A stretch of 64,000 nt of DNA from Dipteris shenzhenensis (Eukaryota): the NCBI GenBank assembly GCA_047967505.1, contig CM106538.1; one strand, written 5' to 3'. The position numbers and the translations under genes were made by a program. The first letter of the stretch is position 1. The number at the start of each line of letters is the position of its first letter. Below, one piece after another: positions 1-11,488 of the stretch. Below the pieces are notes generated by a model, which was given only the letters and a program-made list of their open reading frames with translations, searched no databases and was not told the DNA's origin.

Positions 1-391
1 TAGTGATACTGTCTCAAATAGTACTAGCAACAACCACCTGCATGAGGTGAATGAAGGAACGATAACGACTTTAACCCATGGCCAAGCCACAACACCTAAG
101 GGTCATAGTAAATATCCCAACCCATGGGTGGGGAAAAAAGGTCTCACTGCTGCGGATAAATTGATACACAAGTGTTAAGAGGAATGTGACTAGAGGCTCA
201 AGGCAAGCAAGATTGCTGCTGATATAATTTATCCAAGACATGAGATAAACACTTGAGTCTCAAAAGCCTTGCAAATACCTGAAAGAGTAAATGAAGAAGG
301 TGTTTCATGCCCTTCAACAGAGGGATCCACCCTAATGCAACGGATGTTTGAAGAAGACCCTGCCTTGCAAAAACTAGAGGAGGATGACAAA

Positions 392-808
392 ATGTCCTTA
401 TATGGCTTAGAAGAGTTGAAATCAATAGGCAGGGAACCTATCACACTAATCCTCAAGACATCGCAAGGTTAGCCTCATTCCTGTCCACTGAGATCAAGAT
501 GCCCATCGCGACACTGTTATGGGGAAATCCTGCTGTGAGAGACCTCTAGGATGGATGCCAATCCACAAATCTGGAGAATGTTGAAATCATGTCCTTATAT
601 GGCTTAGAAGAGTGAAATCAATAGGTAGGGAACCTAATACTGGGTCCTTGAGACATCGCAAGGTTAGCCTCATTCCTGTCCACTGAGATCAAGATGCCTA
701 TCACGACACTATTATGAGGTAATCCTACTCTATGGAGAGACCTCTCGGATTGGATGAATGGGTAAATAGTGACACCCTAATCCACAAATCCCGAGAATCT
801 TGAATCTC
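392..808. repeat. Diverged ~200-bp tandem duplication
   Basis: ATGTCCTTATATGGCTTAGAAGAG...GACATCGCAAGGTTAGCCTCATTCCTGTCCACTGAGATCAAGATGCC occurs from 392 and again from 589. Confidence 0.9.
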
Positions 809-2302
809 GCAATCAAGCTCAAGAGCTTCCAAGGGTGCCAATCAAAAAATTGGGCCAATACTTTGAGAGTGATGACATGAATGCAATGTTACCCATCTCC
901 TTCCATGATCAAAAAGCTATGGCAATCACGAAACAATGTTGGGAAAAGTGGGGAAGTCTCGACCGAGAGAGTACTTCCTTGGTAGTTAAATTAGCTGATG
1001 GAGGCATGGATCATCCCATAGGAGTACTAAAGGACATCAAAATCAAAACCTTTGATCTCACATATCAGGTGTGCCTTGCTATAATGGATTTCCAAAACAA
1101 CCCTGGGTATGAGAATATACTAGACAGACTTTTCTTGCGTATGGCAAGATTGATCCATGATTGGTGCTCCAATAATATTTATCTAAGGAAAGATTAGCAA
1201 GTTGTGAGGATTGATCTCCAAACATGGAAGGCTCACACTAGGTCTGAAAATCTATTTGCAATTGAATCGGATACCATCAATAGATCTGTGCCGATAAAGC
1301 TAGTTAAAAAATATGAGAAAGAGGACAATGAGAAGAGGCTTGATGAACCTTGGTGTGCTCCTTTATAAAAACTAGAGGACTCACTTAATTGGATGCATAC
1401 ACTAGCGACAACAAATCTACCAACTGCTGAGGGCACTCAGACGATGCACCTTGATGATGAACAACTTAAATCCATTACACCTTTTCACGACATAAGAGCA
1501 GTACTACCTAATCAAATTGTTGGCCAAGTACACCTTGAAGTATGTGATTCTGAAATTCAATCCATAGAGGGTACCTCTATCAAGGTTATTGGTTCTTTAA
1601 TGTTGAATGCTTCCTTGGACAATTACATTGTGCCTTGCAAGGTTTTACAACTCCTTTCACATTGTGCCTTGCAAGTTTTTTGTGTCTTGCACAGGTACCT
1701 TAATGGAAGCCGCCATTCTTGGTAAAAGTTGGATCCAAGACACTTACGAAGGATTATTTGGTGATGAGTCAACCCAACAAGATGTGCTAAGTAACACCAA
1801 CTGGCCCAACATTCAAGTATCAACATCAACATCCACTTCCACTTCTCAACCTCGGCAAGGACCTCACCAACAAAAACAAATAAGAAGAGCAACCAAGCAA
1901 ATATGGGTCTAAAAGGATCTATTGAAGGCTCAAGGATACTTTGAGGGTGAATCATATTTGATTCCAAAGAAACCTCAACATATGAAGCCACCCCCTCCTC
2001 TGAACATCAAGCCTCACCATCGCCAGTCACCCCCTCATGTAAACAACAAACCTCAACATCAAAAAAGAAGATGCCATCCAAGAAGGAAGGTACATTACCA
2101 ATGGGTTCCCGCGAGACCACTCGAGGCCCAAGGATATTACCTTGGCAACTCTTATATATGGGTAACGAAGCCTTGCCAAGGCAATCAACATCCCATGCAT
2201 GCTTGCTCTAAGCCTAAATGTACACCATCACAAAAGCAAGAGCAGAGCCCCAACTCTAGCAAGACAAAAACATCAACGATTGGAGATGCACTAGTAGTAG
2301 TC

Positions 2303-2992
2303 ACACAAGAACCTACTCTGCAAAGATGCTAACAACAGCGAGAACCTGCTTGCAAGGGTAAGGGAAAAGCACCAATGCAGGAGGATCATACCCAAATGAA
2401 TTCATCTACCTTCTCTCGAGTAGTTACACAAGAACCTGCATAAAAAAGGGGGATAGTAACACAAGAACCTGCTCGACTGTAAGTCTATCAAAAGGCATGT
2501 TAATTTATTGCATCATCTTCAAGGCAATTAGTAGTTACACAAGAACGTGTCTTGAAAAAAGAGACAATAACCCAAGAACCTACCAAGACAAAAGTTGATT
2601 CCATGTTGGGAGCAACACAAGAACCTTCCTTATTGAGAAATTTGGCATCTATCATCAGGTTAGCTACACAAGAACCGACCACACTAGTAATGCCCATCAC
2701 AATGGAAGTCCCACAAGAACCCTCCAATGTGAACAACAAATTATCTTCATCCCTAAAAACTTTCTCATATGAAACTTGGGCTCAACAAAAGAAAAAGATC
2801 TCTATGTCATTATGATCCTACTCACATTTGATACATAGAACATATATCACTTTATTATGAATGAGTATCATAGAAGTGGTACATGTGGGAGATCGCAATG
2901 TTTAATGGTGCAACACTAACAATAAGAAACATGCCAACAGTAGATCCACAAGAACCTGCTCCTAAAAAGGGGGTAGCTCCATAAGAACCTGC
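2303..2992 (+). repeat. Dispersed 12-bp motif ACACAAGAACCT (codes TQEP), ~11 copies
   Basis: Copies near 2303, 2338, 2426, 2459, 2537, 2570, 2615, 2666, 2711, 2946 and 2979. Confidence 0.85.
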
Positions 2993-4647
2993 TATTGTAA
3001 TCAAGGATCTCAAAGAACTTCAAGCAACGTTGCTGCCAACGGGATGACAACTGCTCACTGACAAAGATCTCCAATGATGTCTTAGTGACTCTCCTTTGAA
3101 GTGATTATCAGACTCACATGAGCTCCCGAATAGCTACATAATTCATATTCCTATGGTGGTCTACAAAATGATGTTCTTGCTAGGTATGGGTCACAATTGG
3201 TCAATATGTCACTACACTCACCTTCTTATGTACTCATAGGTATTGAGGCCATTTAGGTGAATAGGAACTCAGTTCCAAGTGCTAGTCTAGGTGTGTCCAT
3301 AAAGAGCAATAAAGTTATAACATGTGGAAGTCCTACCTCTCTGCTCACATGTGGAAGTACTAGGTGAAAATAGGCGGTCAATCCTCATCCAGTCATCAAC
3401 ATGGCAAACTCAATAAATCACAACTACATTAGCCCAAGGGCTCCTTGGTCGAGAAGATAAGCTACAAACACTATGGAAAGTCAATACACCAATCAGCATC
3501 AACAACAAATCCCATCGGGAGAGCCAAAACATAACAGGGCATTGACTTATGCCTAATTCATCGTCTTGAATTTGAGTTCACACCTGGAATGATGAGTGGT
3601 TCTCCACAAGCAGCTCTCAAGGATGCCTTCAACTCCAGGGTGAAGGTAGTTACACCAATATGGGTTTGGATGAGTTTCTTGTGACCCTCAAAGCTTTTTT
3701 CACATTCCTTTACTAACATCACCATTAACTATCTAACTTCTACTCATCCTCTTTTCTTTATTTTTCTTTTCTTTCAGTTCTAGCTTAGAAGCCTTTCCTA
3801 GTATCCCTCTTCTATAAACCTATTCAGCCATAGTCCTCATTTTATGGGTTTATATGGTGTATTATCAGACTCCTCTCGAATTGATGACTCAGAAAAATAA
3901 AGATCCAGATGGTGCCACAACCTTATTGGGCTCAAATACTTCCAAGAAAAGCCCTCAATGAAATGGATTTTAAAGGAACTTCAATGTAGAGAAGCAAGAA
4001 AAAATATCATGCACAACTCCAAATGTTCAAACATGGCATAACAAAGACATAGTCTGATGAGAATCCATTAGAAGCCCCACTCAAATCAAATATGTGACTT
4101 AAGAGGAGCATGATAATGCACTTTACTTACTTTGCTAACATTAACACCACTAGGATCTTACATCAATCCCTACTAACACCTTCTTCCTATTAATTTACCC
4201 CTTAGATTTTTATTTTCCTTTTTCTTATTCCTTCTTTTTTGAATGGTCACAAGTACTCAACTCGGCTCACTCAAACCTGAGGTGCTAGTTCCAGAAGAAT
4301 CACTCATCCATACTTCCAGCAAACATTCCATAACAAGGAGCCAGTACATCCCTCTGCTACAATGGACTAAAAGAAGTTTCAGTTCAGTGCACAGCGAAAG
4401 ACTACTTTGCATTATCTTCATTGACAACACTCCAACAACCATGAACATTGCATGATCCAGAGGACTGGATCAAGATCAGGAAGGGGGACATGTTAGCCTC
4501 GATTGGTTAACAATATGCCATTGCTAGTTAGTGATGTGATTTGATGGACAGTGATAAGTCCATAGAGCCACGTTTGTGTCTTGGAGCTAGATGGGCCTAA
4601 GAGGATGGTAAAAGAATGAGAAGAGAGAGTGGTATAGCACATGCGCA

Positions 4648-4649
<2 letters not shown>

Positions 4650-4681
<32 letters not shown>

Positions 4682-4988
4682 GAAAGAGAAAATCACCACA
4701 CAAAGGCAACCCCAAAACAAAGCTTTCGACTCTTCTGAAGCATCCACTTGATGGTCAATTTAATAAGTGCGATATTGGCACACTAAATTATGTGTAGTCT
4801 AAAATGTGAGCATTGTGACAACAACATATGTATGTATTAATTTCTATGTTTATAGATGTTAACACCTCACTCACTCTCAGTCTCTCTCTCTCTCTCTCAC
4901 ACACACACACGCACGCATGTGCACGTGCACACGTGCACCCACCAACACACACACACACGTGTATGTGTGTATGTACGTGTGTGTGTGT

Positions 4989-5027
<39 letters not shown>

Positions 5028-5071
5028 CTATAAGGAGTCAAATCCACGTGATAATTTCTATATGTGTATGT

Positions 5072-5104
<33 letters not shown>
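4650..5104. repeat. Compound microsatellites (CA)n, (CT)n, (GT)n, (GTAT)n
   Basis: Directly visible at 4650-4677 and 4881-5104. Confidence 0.95.
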
Positions 5105-5106
<2 letters not shown>

Positions 5107-5834
5107 TCAGTAAATAAATTCACGTACTCATGAACCTATAATGTAGGGTTCTTTGCAAAACTTTGTAGTTGAAATAATGGTGCTTTCCTCAAACTCAAGT
5201 TACTAGAAAACCAAGGAGCGATGTTGCACACTGAAAACTCGATTATTATTTACCTATGTGCAGATAGACATCTTGAAGGAACAAGTAGCAATGTTGCACA
5301 TTGGATTGGCAACATTCAAAGTCAACTTAAACAGGCTGACAGCTATAATGACGAGGATGAGTCGCAAGCTTGACCATGTTGTGACCCCTCGCATCTAAAT
5401 TGCTCTTACAAATACATTACAAATTCTACATTGATCCTTTGGATGGACCTAATTTCTTTTCATACTATTTTCATGAATATTTTCCCTTTAAATTACTTTG
5501 TGGGTTACACCTATACGTCATACTCCAAAGTTTTGTATCCTCTTCTAAAAAATAAGAATGAAATTTTGAACTTCCTCGGCTACATCTATGGCTAGAGCAT
5601 GGTGCTACTTTGTACAAAGATGTATGCATGTGCAACTCAAACAAATCCGATGGATGAGTGACTAATAGGTTGAGGGGCTCACATGTATAAATGATTATGT
5701 TATTGAAAAGACACATGTGCACAATGAGCATATGTGATAATATTTGGATGCACATTTTTCGACTATGCAATCAGCTATAGATACATAAACGCGAACATGT
5801 AAGCATTGAAAGAGACAAAAATATCAAGATAACA

Positions 5835-5980
5835 TGTGTGTGTGTGTGTGTGTGCACGTGCGCGCGTGTGTGTGACACACACACATGCACGCAAAGCATG
5901 TGTATGTGGTCATTGTGTAAAATAGAGCACGCATGCGCAAATGCACATGCATAAATATATAGAGATAGATAGATAGATAG
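5835..5980. repeat. (GT)n/(GC)n/(CA)n and (GATA)n microsatellites
   Basis: Directly visible. Confidence 0.9.
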
Positions 5981-6116
5981 AGCTCAAAGACATTTAGAAG
6001 GATGCAATTGGATGCAACTAGGGATCAAAGACGTTTGGAATCAAGACAATGCACTTTTGCCAACATTACTATTGTTTCCCATTGTGCAGGGGGTGACTCT
6101 CTATTTTACATCAATT

Positions 6117-6221
6117 TCCCATATGCAATGGTATAGGGAACCCATCTATGTTTCCATTGGTATTCTAGGCTCCCATATGCAATGGTATAGGGAACCCATC
6201 TATGTTTCCATTGGTATTCTA
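6117..6221. repeat. 54-bp tandem duplication
   Basis: TCCCATATGCAATGGTATAGGGAACCCATCTATGTTTCCATTGGTATTCTA at 6117 and 6171. Confidence 0.95.
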
Positions 6222-6682
6222 TTCACTCACTTGGACCTATGAACCTCTTACATAGTTTTGTCATGCTTAGTTATGGAAGCAACAAACAAGAACTGATATG
6301 CAACAAGTAGTGGGAAAGCATTGTTATGGTGTTGGGCATGTGTCATTGTTTCCTTTACAAGACCCACTTGAGATTTTGAAAGATTTATTGCATGGGAATG
6401 ACGCTACAAGATGATCATTTAAGAAGAACATAAGAGTGTACAATAGTGTGGTGACTTTTGTCTCATTAGGTGCCCAAATTGAGGGAATGTTTTTTGGGGG
6501 TAGAGGTATATATAACTTTCACATCCATGGTAGTGTGTATCGTTGTGGGGCAGTCTAGGCAGGAGATTCCACGTTTCGCATAGTTATATGTAAATGACAC
6601 GGAGCATGGAGCTGCATAATCGCTTGGATTGAATTCTTGATTTGGATCCAATGATTTTAGAATCCTTGTAGAGAATGATACA

Positions 6683-6865
6683 TGAGAGATCTCAACAATG
6701 GAAGCGGAATGGAAGAAGGTGAGAGAGAGAGGGAGAGCCAGAAGAGAGAGTCACACAAGTTTTGGTGGGTGCAGAACACCCTAATCTTCTATGTCATCCA
6801 TATATATGTGTGTTTGAGTATTGTACACAACTGGAGCTAAGGTACAGTGGCCTTTAACCCCCACA
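6683..6865 (-). repeat. 3' LTR of copia A1 (183 bp)
   Basis: Homologous to LTRs at 20071, 20382, 28182, 45951 and 52335. Confidence 0.92.
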
Positions 6866-8801
6866 ACCTCCCACTTAAAGGCCAATGCGCCTTCAAGGGA
6901 GAACAACCAATGAGCATACTGTCCAATGCCCATCCATTCATGACAATACTCAAACCGCTGACTCTTCGTCAGCATATCTATAGAGTTATCATTTGTATGA
7001 ACCTTGACAAGCTCTATGCGCTTGTTCTCAAGTACCTCCCTGATAAAATGGTACCTAACCTCAATGTGTTTGGTCTTTGCATGAAAGACCGGATTTTGTG
7101 CTAGCTAAATAGCACTCATGGAATCACTATGCAATGTCAGTACACCTTTATGAATTCCCAAATCTCCCACTAGCTGATCAAGCCATATAGCCTCCTTGCA
7201 ACCCTCTGTGGCTACAACATACTCGGCCTCTGTGGTAGACAAAGCAATGCACTTCTATGCGCGACACATCCACGACACTGCACCACCTGCAAAGGTGAAC
7301 ACATAACCAGAAGTGGATTTCCTCCTATCCATATGCCTTGCATAGTCTAAATCTATGTACCCAAATACACGCATCTCTCCTCTGCCAAAGCAGATACACA
7401 CCTCCTTGGTACCCTTCATGTATCTCATGATGCACTTAACTGCCTCCCAATGCCTCTTTCTTGGATTAGCCATATACCGGCTAACAACTCCCAGTGCAAA
7501 TGCAATGTCCGGTCTAGTAGTAGCTATCATAGCATACATAAGACTCCCAATTGCTGATGCATAAGGAACCTTGGCCATCATGGCCCTCTCCTCATTTGAT
7601 TTGGGACTATCTTCCTAACTCAGTTTCACATATGGAGGCAATGGAGTACTTACTGCCTTCTCCCCCTCCATATTCAAACACTGCAACACTTTTGTAACAT
7701 ACTCCTTCTGTGAAAGCCAAAGGAGTTTCCTACGTTGGTCACGTGTGATGTGCATACCAAGAATATGACTTGCAGGTCCCAAATCCTTCATGTCAAAGGC
7801 CTCATGCAACTTGGCCTTTAATGCATCAAGCTCATAAGTGTTCTTGCTAGCCAATAACATATCATCCACATAAAGTGCCAAGAGTATTAGGCTATTATCA
7901 TTAGCCCTTTTAGTGTAGAGGCAATGATCAATCTCACTTCTTGTGAAACCTTGGGACTGAATGAAAGCATCAAACTTGTGATACCATTCTTTAGGTGCTT
8001 GCTTAAGGCCATAGAGACTCTTTTTCAGCTTGCAAACCAAATGCTCTTTGCCCTTTTCTTCAAAGCCTTCCGGTTGTACCATTTAAATTTCCTCATGCAA
8101 ATCCCCATGTAAGAAAGCTATCTTGACATCCATCTGCATAAGCTCCATATCCTCTATTGCCCCATAAGTCCAAATACACATCTAAGTGTGGTCATCTTCA
8201 CAACTGGAGAGAATATCTCATCAAAGTCCACACCCTTCTCTTGCTTGAACCCTCTAGCAACCAAATGGGCCTTTTACTTAGGCACATCATCACTTGTGAC
8301 CTTCATCTTATAGACCCATTTACATGGTAATTCTTTCTTTCCATGTGGCAAAGAAACCAAGTCCCAAGTCTTATTCTTTATGAGTGAACTCATCTCTGAT
8401 TGCATAGCATACTTCCACTTGCGTTGATCATCGTGCATCATAGCCTCTCTGTAGCAAAAAGGCTTCTCATTAAAGACCACATCATGACTTCGTATAATCT
8501 TCTTTTCTTCTGTATCCCAAAGATGATACCCCATCTCTCCACTTTCACCATAACTAGAAAGATGCATTTTCTACACTTAGGATCTAGCTTCTTCCGAAGC
8601 ACTTTTGGCACATGTGCATATACATCACACCCAAATATATGCAAATGAGCATAAGAGGGCTTCTTGCCACTCCATGCCTCTTCAAGAATACCACTATCCA
8701 AACTCTTACTAGGTGATCTATTGATCACATGCACTATAGTCTTTATTGCCTCATCCCAAAACCCACCAGAAATACTCGCATTGGAAAGCATACATTGCAA
8801 C

Positions 8802-9761
8802 TTGGGCTATACTGGATTCGTCAATCCATGAAAATGTAAAAGTACTTGCAGGCCATGCCTTGCAGAAATTCCTATGCCTTTTGGCGGTCTTCTTGAATCC
8901 CACTATACCCTAATCCAAGCGCTTCATAGGGTATTGATTATATGATGTCAAATGTTGAGTGTCTGTAGGCTAGATTTGATGCCTCCCCATCACTATACTA
9001 TAGTGTGCTACCAAGATAGTCCAAGCAAGGATGCTAGTGACTGTCTCCCAAATGCCATCCTCTAGGGAGAATTGGGTTCTCTGTGAAGAGGGTGGAACTG
9101 AGTCATGAGTGTCTTGGAGATTGACACTTAGTCCATCTATCCTGTAGGTTGGAGAGACCATCTCAATGTGGAAAACGTGTCACCCATTGGTCAATCAAGC
9201 AACGATGTCTCAAGTGAAGAATTTTGATGCATCCTGGACACCATCTTGAGAGAGTACAGCTAGACCCTCTGTGCTACATTATAGCTCCATAGGCAATGGG
9301 TTATCATTTGAAGGTCCTTGGAAGTACAACAATGGCAAGCCCCATCAATACACAATGAAATCCGATCACTTTTACGGCATGAAGAGTAAATTTCTATGGC
9401 AAGTTCAGACAGCACATGAGATACCTCTAGGCTAGGGTGGACTAAAAGACAATGATTCTACCCTAGGCAAAGGGGTTCTAGATATCAATGATCTAAATAG
9501 CCATGCTAGGCAAGCTCTTAGTCAAGGACCTAGCCCCAAGCTCATAGTCTTAGAAGCTCCTGCTATGACAAGGGCTTCTAAAGAAACATAACAATCTCAT
9601 CTATGGATCTTCACAGAGGCCCCTCCCATAGGATACGGGTTTCCACTAATAAGGAGCATGATGAGAGAGTGATGGAATCTCTCAAGGAGCCTCATATGAG
9701 CCGACCCCCAAGACAGAGACAAGTTTGTGTGGTAGCCCCTTATCTGGCACCTAAATGCCCA
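8802..9761. other. Unidentified ~960-bp insertion in the A1 integrase
   Basis: Copy D reads GCAAC-CTTTCT-TGAATGG contiguously. In A1, GCAAC (ends 8801) and TGAATGG (9762) are separated by unrelated sequence bounded by TGGGC...GCCCA. Confidence 0.8.
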
Positions 9762-11488
9762 TGAATGGTGCGGTTCATCTGTTCTGCAACTAGATTTTTC
9801 TTTAGAGCATGAGGGGACGTGAGCTCCCTCTTGATCCCACATATATAACAGAAATGCTAAAAGTCATAAGAGAGATGATTTCCACCATTGTCAGTTCATA
9901 GAGGTATTTAAGCATTCTACTTGACTCATTTTCAACCAAAGCCAACCATTTCTGAAATGCCTAAATCACATCGCTCTTCCAAGCTATAGCACAAGCCCAC
10001 ATTTTCCTAGTTGCATCATCAATGAATGTCATATAGTATTCAACCCTGCCTAATGACTGTGTAGGCATGGGATCACATCCATTTGAATGCACCAAATCAA
10101 GCTCTTTCTTTCCCATTCTTTTATGGACTGATTTAGTCTTCTTCCCATAGATACATTGCTCACAAAAATAAAAGTTAGAAAAACTCAAATGCGGTACATA
10201 ACCCAAATGGCATAAGATTTTGGCTCATATGGACCAATAGGCAATTCCACAAAGAAGTACCTAGCTACTTGGTTATTACAACAACATAATCACACACCCT
10301 TGATACATGTAAGGGATACAATGTCCCACACTTGGCACCTCTTGCTAAAACCATAGAGCCCTTCTGAATTTTCCAACTCTGAAAGCCAAAGGTGGTCTAA
10401 AAACCAACATCATCTAGCTAATCCACTAAAATGAAACTCTTGATGAGCTTAGGCACATGTCTCACATTTTTCAAAACAAATGCAGACCCATTTGCAAAAG
10501 AAAACTTTATGTCACTTGCTCCCACTGTCACATGCATAGTAATTTCCAAGATGCACACAACCTGTCTTTCCACTATCATAAGTGGAGAACCATTCCCTAT
10601 GGGGAGTGACATGGAATGAAGCACTAGAATCCAAAATCCAATCCTAGGAATATGCATCATCTGAAGTGGTAAGAAACTCTACAGGTAATGACATTGTCAC
10701 TATCATCAGTGTGGTGACTACATTGATCTCCTCGATCTTCACTTTTCCTTTGTCCTCCCTTGGATTCTCTTCCTTCTTAATTACACCCCAATTTGCATTC
10801 TTTTTCTTATACTTTTGCTCTCTTTTTAGCTTGTAGCAATCCTTTTTCATGTAGCCCTTCTTGCCACAATGGTAACACTCAATGTTCCGTGCCCTGGATT
10901 TGCTATGAGACTTCCCTCTTTCTTGGGACTTCCCCTGGAAATGTGATCTACCCCTTTGCACATTTAAGGCTGCATCCTACTTGTTGCCATCCATAGACTT
11001 CCGTCAAATCTCCTCGACGGCCAACAAGCTACCCAATACATCATCAAAATTCAATACTCCACTAGGTGTAGAGTTACTGACAGCTATACAAAAGGTATCT
11101 CATGAGGATGGCAATGAACATAAGAGAAATATTGCCTTAGTCTCCGCATCAAAATTTATCTTTTGATCCTAAACCTAGCTGAAAATAATATTGACTTCAT
11201 CCAAGTGACAAGAAAATAAGACCCCTTCCTTCATCTGCAGCTCAAACGACCTCTTCATGAGGTAAACTTTATTAGAGGTAGTTGCCTTCTGTGGCACATA
11301 ATTTCTTCCACAAATCTTCTGTAGTTTGCTCATTTACTACTATGAAATAAACTGACTCTACAAGATAAAGTCTAATAGTAGACTTTGCTAATGCATCGAA
11401 TTCATTCCAATCATCCTCAGACATAGCTCTAAGCTTAGCTACTGCAATCCCTTCAAAGGGTTCAATCTACTTATTTTGAATAAGCACA

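Larger units (their letters stand above)
1..4826 (+). mobile_element. Degenerate Ty3/gypsy-like LTR retrotransposon relic (protease-like region, PPT, putative 3' LTR 4491-4826)
   Basis: ORF 835-1197 resembles the retrotransposon aspartic-protease region (VKLADGGMDHPIGVLKDIKI...YENILDRLFL). A purine run AGGAAGGGGGAC at 4478-4489 is followed by TGTTAG at 4491, with a candidate end ...ACAACA at 4826. No RT or integrase was recognised. Confidence 0.5.

Noticed and set aside
2303-2992. CRISPR-like repeat-spacer appearance
   Set aside because: The repeat is only 12 bp, spacing is irregular, the context is a eukaryotic retroelement and no cas genes are present.
5140-6660. Possible small exons of a decayed gene or DNA transposon (several TGCAG acceptor-like sites)
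   Set aside because: No recognisable protein motif or consistent reading frame.
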